Below, piece after piece: positions 54,126-64,000 of a DNA stretch of 64,000 nucleotides. Location: assembly GCF_009914755.1 (NCBI RefSeq), contig NC_060926.1; one strand, 5' to 3'. Position 1 is the first letter of the stretch. Each line of letters opens with the position of its first letter. Below the pieces are notes generated by a model that was not told where the DNA came from, searched no databases, and was given only the letters and a program-made list of their open reading frames with translations. The DNA comes from the human T2T-CHM13v2.0 reference genome, Homo sapiens. Both the position numbers and the translations under genes were made by a program.

Positions 54126-54167
54126 TTAAGTTGAACCCAAAATCCTTCACATTCTGGCCAATTTTCT

Positions 54168-54650
54168 TCTATAGCTTTCTTGAAGTATAATTTTATGCAA
54201 TAACTTTCATCCATTTTAAATATACTGTTTGGTGAGTGTGAGAATATGAACACAGCTGTGCAACTTTCACCACAATCAGGATTAGTTCATTTCTATTACT
54301 TCCCTGTGTCCTCAGGAACAAATAATGTTCCCATTGTTTCAATCCACTTCCTGCCATCTGTTGTCCCATACAGCCACTAGTCTGCTTTCTGTCACTACAG
54401 TTTTTCATTTTCTAGAATTTCATATAAATAGAATCTAACAGTATACAGTTTTTTATGTCTGGCTCTTTTACTTAGCATGATGCCTTTGAGATTAATCTAT
54501 GTTGTTGCATATGCCAGTAGTTCATTCCTTTTTGTTGCTGAATAGTATTCCATTGTATTGATGTAGACATTTGAGTTGTTTCCAGTTTTTGGTGATTATG
54601 AATAAGGCTCACATGAACATTCATGTACAAGTCTTTGTATGAACATACAG
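54168..54650 (-). mobile_element. L1MB-like 3' end fragment
   Basis: 'ttgaagtataattt...cagccactagtctgctttctgtcact...ttctagaatttcatataaatagaatc...ttgctgaatagtattccattgtat'. Confidence 0.88.
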
Positions 54651-54714
54651 ACAATGACTCCATTTATCCCACAAGCAATACAGGACATGCCCACTTTACA
54701 TTTCCTCCCATTCA

Positions 54715-55000
54715 AGCCATTTTAATAAAGATTTACTATTCCTTGTGCTAGACATTGTATAGGAATACAGACACAGTTAAGCCCCATGGAAATTACAATA
54801 TAGTGGGAGAAATACATGCACACATGGGTCATTCACATGCAAAGCAGATCACTGAGATAGAGGAACCAACAACGAGGGGACAGGGAGAGAGCACACTGAC
54901 TGAGGGGATGGGGGAAATCAGGAAGGATTGCTTATAGGAGGCAGAAGCAGTGTGAATAAAGACCTGGATGAAAGAAGGCAGGACTTGTTTGAGGGCTGAT
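54715..55000 (-). mobile_element. L2 fragment
   Basis: 'tgtgctagacattgtatagga...ggaaattacaatatagtgggaga...gggaaatcaggaagga'. Confidence 0.6.
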
Positions 55001-56286
55001 AAATACTCACGTTAAATTCTATCTCACTTGGGCAGCCATCCCTGTAAAGCCATCGTAAGTGCTTGTCCTCCTCAAAACTTCTGCAGTGTACTCTTCATAC
55101 TGCCAATCAGCTTTCCTTGTCAAGAGAGGGAGTCTTTCAGCCTACTTTGCAAATAAAGCTATATCCCTACAGGGTCTGAGCCCAAGAGCCAAGCATTTGA
55201 TCCAAGGGTTGGTTGGTGGTATCCTCAAATGTGGCCCAAAGAGAGGCTAGGATATGGGAGAACATGTCTACACTAATTGGAAAGCCAGCCAAAGGGAGGA
55301 GCAGGTCCAGAGCAGGCAGGAGCAGTCCTCAACCTGGGCAGCTGGTGCACATGTACACAGGTGTCTCTTCAAATTCATTGTCTATGGCAAAGCGATGTCA
55401 ACTCCACATGGATGAATGAATGAACATATGTCACCAGTAGGCTCTCATATGTGTTCCAGTATATTGTACATTCAATCTGGATCAATCAGATGTGCAGACA
55501 CTTGAACAACCTACAGTTCTCTCTTGCTGTTTTCTGGTTAAGTGCTCAGCAGTCCACATGAGGATTCGTCTAAGAAAATAATTTCTTTGCATTCTGATGC
55601 TGTAAAGTATTGCTTGGATTAAAAGGGCAGGAACAAATTGATGGATCTGAAATTTTTTTTCTTTTGGCTTGGAGATGACAGGGCAATCCATCAGACAACT
55701 TCCTTGGCTCCCTGTGACATTTCAAGCTCAAATGTTATAGCTTTCTTATTTTTTCTTTTCTCTCTTTTTTTTTCACCCCCAGCTCTCTATTGAACTGTGC
55801 CTCCAGGAAATGCATCCTGTTGATGTGAGTTCTATGACACTTGTCATACAGGAGGCACTCGGTAGAGGCTTGTGGAATAATGGTTGGGAGTACTCAGGTT
55901 AGCTTAGCAGGTTGTGCCAAAGAGGAGGTAACTGCTTAACCCACCTATGATGCTGCCTCCATCTGTGCCCTAGAGCATGCAGCAAAGAGTTCTTTCAAAA
56001 TAGAGCAGGCTCCAGACAATGTTCAAGGATGCAGCTGCCCACAGAATGTGCTTTCAGCATCTGGATTATATGCAGAGAGAAAACACGAGAAGTCAGAATG
56101 CTTGGCCCCTCACCTGGATCTGCCACGATGCATAATGTGAATTTGGAAATGCTATTTAACTTCTCCAAGACATAGCTTATCAACCTTTGAGCCAGAGAAA
56201 ATAAGTAAGTATAAGAATCAAATGAGGTAATGACTGTGGATATAGTGTAAAAATGCAGAAAGTAATTGGAAATGAAATACACCCTC

Positions 56287-56817
56287 TGTAGTAGTTATCT
56301 GTTGATGTATAACAAACAACCCCAAACCTGGGTGAATTAAAACAGCAATCATTTATTAATTATCTCATAGTATAATAGGTCAGAAATCTGGGAGTGGTGT
56401 AACTGGGAGTCTGCTCACAGGCTCTCAAGATGTTCGCTGGAACCACATCATCTGAAGGTTTGACTGGGGCTGGAGAATCATCTCCCAAGATGGGTCACTC
56501 ATGTGGCTGTTGGCAGAAAGTCTTAGTTCCTTGCTGACTGTTGTCAGGAGGCTGCAGTTACTCTCCATGGAAGCTTCTTCCTAAGACTGTTTGAGTGTCC
56601 TCACCACAGGGAAGCTGGCTTCCCACAGAGTGAGTGATCCAAGGCAGATGTCATCATGCGCTTTATGACATAGGTGCAGAAGTCAAACACTGTGATCACC
56701 TCAATACCCTATTGGTTCTCCAGGTCACCCCTATTCAGTCTGGGAGGAGACTACACAAGGATATAATTTCCAGGAGGTGGGGATCACTGGGAGCCATGCT
56801 GGAGGCTAACCTCCACA
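56287..56817 (-). mobile_element. MLT1F-like MaLR LTR
   Basis: 'tataacaaacaaccccaaac...catctgaaggtttgactggggctggagaatc...ccaagatgggtcactcatgtggctgttggca...gggatcactgggagccatgctggaggct'. Confidence 0.88.
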
Positions 56818-58479
56818 TCCTCTCTCAGTTTAAATGGTTCCACTGGGAAATAAGGGATATAGATGATTACCTCTGAGGTCCTCCCCTTTTAACCACATCC
56901 CTGCTTACTCCAATTAGCCCTCCCTCAAGCATGCTATGTGTTGTTCTCCTTTCCCTTCTTGCTGAAAATTCCTGCTGTCATTGTCAGTCCCTTGTTTCAT
57001 ACTAAAAATTCAGTTTTAGTCTCTAATAGGTCTCTGTGGAAATGGCTGTGCATAGCATCTGAAGGAAGTCTCTGGTGCTCTTGTCATATGGTGCCGGCCT
57101 TGTTGGTTTGTCATTCTCTTGCTGGTGCAGCCCATTGCAATTTGCATGGTGCCATCACATGCTCATGTGAGATGGGGTCCCTCCTTTGAGAGTCAATAAC
57201 CAGGTGAACAATGTTGGCAGTGAGTGAGCATGCTCTGGTCTCCATCTTCCTCACAGTTGTTATTTTCCAATGTGTGTTTGTGTCTGGGTTCTCACCTGAC
57301 TCTGGCAGCCCAGGTAGACAGAGCAGGCATTGCTCCCTCCATTTTGTGGGTTGAAAAACTAAGGCTCAGAAAGTCGTAACTGAGGCTTTTTCTGAAATTG
57401 GGAACACAGGAAGGAAACATATTGGGTGGTTAAAACATGGGGTTTGGCTTTAAACCTCTTGCACTTGAGGTGTCTGTGGCGTATTCATGAAGTTAATGTG
57501 CAGCCTTGAATACAGCTTCCAGATGATTAACTGGGAGTGGAATGAGATCTCATATCCTGATTATTTTGCTTTATCTGTACATTTCTCCATTCCTTCCAGC
57601 TGTTGTATTGTGTTCTGTCTTCTTGATCCCAGATGTCCTGGCTTGGTTTTTCTCAAGGCCGTCCTCCATAGCCTCACCGACCTCATTGGCCTGGTTGCAC
57701 ACAGCTTCGAGTGCCCACAGACCAACTGAAGGGGAGTTGCTGTCTGCTGGGGAGGGTTCTGGTGGAGGAGTCTGTAGGTCCCTGTGAAGAGAGGCTGGGA
57801 GAGGGTGCAACAGCATATGGGCTTTACCATCCATTAGCAAAAGCAGAGGCTTTTAAAACTCAGTCCATCCATCCAAATGGACCTTCATGTCTATTTCCAT
57901 AAGGTCCTGGGGCCCAGGCCCACCTTTACCACTAGTTAGCTGAGAAGTACTAGGGCTGAAGGTACTGATCTGGTGCTTGCTGGAGCCTGCCACACTGTCC
58001 CCACCCTACTTGTGTCAGCTTAGTCCGCAACCCCAGTCAACTCTGCTTTCTTCCACCTTGAAAACTCTTTGAAAGTGCACAAGAAGTGGGGTGTCCCTGG
58101 GGGCTGGGCACCCCTCATATTCAGGCCCACAGGTCATTTAGGCAGCTGCTTCTCCAACCTTATCTTCCTTCTGCCTCCATGGAAACCTGAGAAAGACGGA
58201 AAGGGGGAAGCGGCTGTGGTTTCCCAACACAAATAACCCCACAGAGCTTTCTCAGCAGTGACCCTTAGCCTGTCGTGTCAGCCTCAGGCTGAGGGAGGAA
58301 GGAAATAGACCTTCTATTGAGTATTTTTCTTCCCCTGTCAAGAGGATTAGAGGAACTAAGAGGGAAAGAAAAGGAGTCAAAAGCACCTTGTGGCCTCCTC
58401 CTGCAGGATTTGTGTTGCTCTTCCCCTCCCCTCTTGAACTCTAAGTAAACAAACTCCCCAGCCAAGGAAGGCCCCAGGC

Positions 58480-58800
58480 CCAACTCCAAGCAGGCCATAA
58501 ATAAAAGCCTTTCAGCCTTTCACTCTCGGGCAAGTCCGGAAGGCCCTTCTGAGTGGAACATTTGATAGCGGGGGAGGGCTGGGGGGAGAGTCCTCGTGTT
58601 AATTGAATCCCAATTTCCTTCTCCCAGGCCCACTCTTATCTTTTTAATTATACGAAGACTTTAATCTTCCCAGGACCTGTCTTTGTCATTAATGCGTGAT
58701 CCTATTAGAGATAGGGGTTTGCCCAGGGGTAATGGGAGCCGCAAGCAGAGGCCTTTGGCAACTTTTTTGCTTTCTAAAGCACCCGGAGTTACCTGGGGCT
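58480..58800. promoter_or_regulatory. Candidate enhancer (SOX/homeodomain motif cluster)
   Basis: CCATAAATAAAA, GTTAATTG, TTAATTA, CTTTGTCATTAATG and several CpGs in unique sequence. Confidence 0.45.
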
Positions 58801-59571
58801 GAGGCAGGGAGACATTTTGGGCTCCCCTCAGCTCTCAGATGGTGTTCCTTGGGCCATCTATGTTTAAACCGTGTCTGAGATTAGACTCTTATGGTCAGTA
58901 TCTGTTGTGGCCCTGAAACTGCAGAGTAGCTCAGTCTAGCAGCCAAGGGGCAGATGAGTTCAGGCAACCTGCTTAGGAAAAAAATCAGACAAATAGTACT
59001 CTCAGGATTCTGGGTGCCCTGGTGGGATTCCAGAAGGAGTTGGGGCATTGTGCATTTCCTAAACTTTAGAGCATACCTTTGGTGCTTGTGAATAAAGCTT
59101 ATGTTCTCACGGGCTTTCCCTAACACTGTGGAGATGCATTACCTCCAGGTGACAATGGCTTGGGACACTCCAGGGTTACCTTTCTCTTCAACCCCAGCTG
59201 CCTTGTCAAAGGGCTAATGAGCTGTAAACCAATACTTAGGAATGCAAAGGCCACACCCTACTTGAAGGGGTTTGGCTCATATTAAGTGTTCAATAAGTGT
59301 TTGCTAAATAACTTTTAAAACAAGAGTTCCAAGAGCTATTCACTTTAGAATATGAATTCACAGGTATTTATTGCAATTACAGCTTCTCATTTATGGCTCA
59401 TTTCTACTGGACTTTTTTTTTCTGGGCTACAAGGTGGCCTGTAGGGTCACTTCAGCAAGGTAGTCTGATATTTCACACATCCCTAGGTATACAGAAAGAT
59501 GGGTAAAGCTGAGTCCATGCAAGCGGCTTCATGCTCAGTTAGGAAGATAAATTTTGTTAGTTTTCAATACA

Positions 59572-59846
59572 TAAATGTATGTATATATATGTATACATGT
59601 ATATCAGTCAATATATAGATATAGGTAGTATACAACTGTATATGCAATTACATATGCATGTATATGTGTGTGTGTGTATTTGTGAATTGTCTTCAGAGGC
59701 TTCAGCTATGATTTCAACTATATATATATGTATATGTACACACATATATACTATACATATACACACATATATGTACATATATACATACATTTATATATTC
59801 ACACACAAATATGTATAGTTGAAATCACAGCTGGCTTCTCTGAAGA
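59572..59846. repeat. TA/TG/CA-rich simple repeats with a 33-bp inverted repeat (59690-59722 / 59814-59846)
   Basis: Arms 'tcttcagag-gctt-cagctatgatttcaactata' and 'tatagttgaaatcacagctg-gctt-ctctgaaga'. Confidence 0.9.
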
Positions 59847-60567
59847 TGGGAGTCCACACACAGAACATCATCAGCAAACTGTATACCTAAATGAATAAAT
59901 ATTCAGGTTCTGCACTGAACATCGTGTCTTGTCATCTCCCTGACCCATTATGCACAACCGCTTTAGAGTCTGTAGCAGAGATGCTGTCACTGACAAAGGT
60001 CACATATCTAGAAGGTGTGAGAGTCCGGATTCTAACCCAGGTCTGATCATAAAGCCCAGCCCTCGAACCTAGAGCTCCATAGCCAAAGTGTTTCTCTTTG
60101 CTTGCAACCACAGTGTCTGCCCCTGAAAGTGTGTAGGTCTGGTCACAGGCTCTTGTGAAGACATAAAGATCCTGGACATGGTCCAGAGAAGAGCAATTAA
60201 AACACTCAAGGGGAAGAAAAGTCTTCTGTTTGAGGACAGATTTTTTAAAAACAGTAAAATCTGGAAAAAGGCAGAGTGAGCAGGACATGATGGAAATCTC
60301 TAGGATGTGGAGAGAACCAAGAGGGAGACAGCGTGCCTGCCAAGGGGGCACTCACTGAAGCTTACAACCAGCAGTTTTAGGACAATGACAAGAAAGTTCT
60401 ATTTACCACGTTCCAAAAGTTTGCTGCCTGCTGTGTGATCCCAAGAGGTGACACAGGTTGAAAATATAAATAGAATCCCAACCTATGAACATATTGCTGT
60501 GAGCTCCCTACAGAATGCCTGGCTTCTCATTGTCAAATTCAAGCTCTCAGTTTCTAATGATTGAAAC

Positions 60568-60779
60568 CAGGAGTGAGCAAACATTTTCTGTAAAAGATCA
60601 GTGTAAATATTTCTGGCTTTGTGGATCAACGCTGCCCCAAATGCTCAACTCTGCCATTTAGTGCAAAAGTAGCCATAGACAGTACTTATGAATGAGCATG
60701 ACTGGGCTCTATTAACATGCTATTTACACAATTAGCAAGGCCCAGATTTGACCAGCAAGCTGTGGTTTGCCAACCCTTG
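60568..60779. mobile_element. MER58A hAT-Charlie element
   Basis: 'caggagtgagcaaacattttctgtaaaag...ctcaactctgccat...gtagccatagaca...gtggtttgccaacccttg'. Confidence 0.88.
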
Positions 60780-61044
60780 GTCTACACCAATTCACAGTTG
60801 AGTTGAATCATACAATTTAAAACTGGGAGGCATCTTGATGATCACACTTTTATTTTACAGAGCAGGAGGGTGACATCCAGAGATGTCAGATGAATTCCCC
60901 AAGGTCATATAGCTGGAGACCCATAGTGGATATTAGGGTTGTCTGGGGAAAATATTTAGATGGTCTGAAGATAGTTTTATGAAGGATGGGAGCCAAGTGT
61001 CCCATGCTGGGCATTTCTGACTCTTAAATATTTATTGATGCTCA

Positions 61045-61496
<452 letters not shown>

Positions 61497-61920
61497 CTAC
61501 CTTTTCTTAGAAAATATATCAGTTTAGGAAGGATTTGGAAATATAGCTTATTTTTAAAAAAAACTGAGGGCTGTTTAAAAATCCCTAGAAATCAGAAAAC
61601 AAGAAACATACTTCTCCCTCAAGTCCCTCACCCCTACCCCTAGTTCTGAGGTGGGAGAAAATTTTATTTCTTGACAAGCCATGCAAGGGGCATTTGCCCT
61701 CAGAGCTGACGGCCCTGTGTCTGTCAATGCAGGTTGTACATCTACCTCCCTTAGGTAGGAAGGTGCTCCTTAGGAGCTTGGTGTTGGGCCTGTCCACTGA
61801 AAACATTCATCTTCCACATTTGGGCAAGACTTTGCTGAAAACAATTGCTTTCAATATTCTGTTGGCTAAAGCCAGGAACAGTTCAAATTTTTTGGTGCTC
61901 AGAGTCTTTACCAGAAGGTG

Positions 61921-61923
<3 letters not shown>

Positions 61924-61964
<41 letters not shown>

Positions 61965-61984
61965 TGTATGTGTGTGTGTGTGTG
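61924..61984. repeat. (GT)n microsatellite, interrupted
   Basis: Directly visible. Confidence 0.97.
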
Positions 61985-63084
61985 CAGCTGGTGTGGAGAG
62001 GGAGGGAGAGGAGCAGCAGCTGACAGCTCAGGAATGCATCAGTACTCAGAAGTTTCTAAGAATGATTACGTCGATGGCTTGTTTTTTTCTGGGACCCACT
62101 GAAGATCTCTCATAAAAATAAAAACTCTCTTATTCAAGTAACCCTCTAGAAGTCTAAAATCTTAGTGGGAGAGAGATGTATCACTGTTGCAGGTTTGGTG
62201 TCTGGAGCCCTCGATGGTATCCCCAGTTCACGCTGTTCCTCTGAACTTCCTTGGTAGAGTCAGTATTGTGGTCTGGAACAGAGAGGTGAACCATGTGCTC
62301 TTTGGCACCTTAGCAAAATGGCTAAGGTGGGGAAGACAGTAAAGGTGTGGGGAGAGTATAGGCTATCTTAAACCCTGATGGCTTATTTTCCTCTGGAGGT
62401 AGGTTTGAGCTTCTGGAATAGAAGGGACTCCGTCCTACAGGCTTAAAAAGGAGTCTATCAGCTGGAGCTTTGGCCCACATAACAAGTAAGGCCACTTGGC
62501 CTTTAAAAAGTGTGGTGATGAGAGAACACTGGACTCTGAGAATCCACCTGTGGTCCAGGGTCTCCCGGAGAAATTCCTATCCAAGAGATGTCTCCACTTG
62601 AAGGCCACACAAATCTGTCAGTGGACAATTCTTTGTAACAAATTGCAAGATTTCCTACCTGTTTGTTGATTGCAAGAGGTGATCAGACTTGCTGGCCTTA
62701 TAAACAGGTGACTGATGCAGGCCTGGCTCCTGCAGGTGAAGAAGGCTGCTTCAAATTTGTGCTCCAGAGCCAGGAAGTCCTGGATTCGGGTCTCAGCTCC
62801 AACTCTTACCAGCTTTAGTTCATTGCAGAACTTATTTTGATTTTTAATCTCAGCTTTGCAGCATAGAAACCAATCTGTAGCAGATGCTCAGTAAAAGTCA
62901 TTTTCCTTTTCATCCCATCCTTTCTCACACTTAGCCTCTCTCTTGTTCAACCCCCCCACCCAGTGCAGACCTGGACACTCCCAGAGAGAAGGTCACACCT
63001 CATTGGGAAGCTGTTCTTGAGCAGTTCCAGCTTCAAGTCATCCCTGAATCTATCACTCATTCAGCATATAACTGCTCTTCAAAT

Positions 63085-63640
63085 ATGTTTAGTACTTTTC
63101 TCCGATTATAAAGATGACACATATGCATTGCAGAAAATTTGAAAAATATAGAAAAAATAATCTGGAAAACATCCCCAATAAATATAACCTGCAGTGATGA
63201 GCACTGTTAGCATTTTGGTATATTTCTTCCTATTTGTGCATGTGTGGGCTGGCATATGTTTTACAAAATTGGAATCACATTGACTGTAGATTTTGTATGC
63301 AGCTTGTTCTTTTCACTGACATTCTGACATTTCTCATATCATTAAAGTCTTTGAAAACATATTAAATATTTTTAATGGTCACCAAATTTTCTGTGGCATG
63401 GATATATTGCAATGTGTGTAAGGTATTCTTAGTTTTGGATACCTAGGCTGTTTCTAATTTTTCAATATTATAAACAACACTGCTGTAAATATCACTGTAG
63501 GAAAATCTTTGCCACATTCTAATTACTTCTTTGAGATAAATTCCATTAGAAGTCCTGGCCAAAGGATGTGGGAATTCTTAATGGCCTTAACATTGAGGGC
63601 CATGTGGTTCTCTAGAAAAGTTGTGTCAATTTCTATCTAT
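63085..63640 (-). mobile_element. Old L1ME-like fragment
   Basis: 'cactgttagcattttggtatatttcttcc...ttggatacctaggctgtttctaatttttcaatattataaacaacactgc'. Confidence 0.75.
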
Positions 63641-64000
63641 GGGGTATGTGTCAATTTCTGTGGGGAGTGCTTCTCAGAATCCTGTGGTAGTACTTAGGTT
63701 GAAACAGGCACTCTCTCATATGATGCATCAGTTATTGGAAGGTAGCTCTCAAATCTCTCAGATTTATCTTCTTTCTGGGCTAAAAAGCCATTTCTTCAAA
63801 ATGCCCCAAAGGCTACATTCCAACCTCCTTGCCATATTAATCTGTGGAATAGAGAATATATTGGTTTGTAACTGTGGTTTAAAAAAATGTATTAAATGTG
63901 GCCTGGGCCATTTCTAATTCCTTTATTTGGAACCCTATACTTCTATGAATGCAGTCTAAGTTTGCATTTGCTTTTTGTTTTTGTTTTAGCAGAGAATTGC

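Overview
Human (primate) genomic DNA, apparently intergenic or deep intronic. Evidence: several Alu elements, including a near-perfect AluYa5, a subfamily essentially specific to humans. I see no credible protein-coding exon, tRNA, rRNA or recognisable miRNA; the listed ORFs come from Alu, LTR, L2, microsatellite or random sequence. The window is a mosaic of old repeats (MIR, L2, L3/CR1, MaLR and ERVL LTRs, hAT DNA transposons, L1M fragments) plus seven Alu-family copies. Between them are unique stretches that look regulatory: a small CpG island at about 27.3-27.7 kb, a CpG-enriched block with a CTCF motif at about 7.8-8.8 kb, and several AT-rich motif clusters. The most unusual structures are: (1) a two-segment templated duplication (20366-20584, copied from 23059-23243 plus 22373-22401); (2) a 228-bp dispersed direct repeat bracketing the CTCF block; (3) an AluYa5 with a non-canonical 7-bp duplication; (4) a 33-bp inverted repeat enclosing a TA/CA microsatellite; (5) a possible ancient L1 3' transduction inside a MER5; (6) a close inverted AluY pair. 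I found no evidence for a new multi-gene system and could not identify the locus. Repeat subfamily names and boundaries are by eye and approximate.
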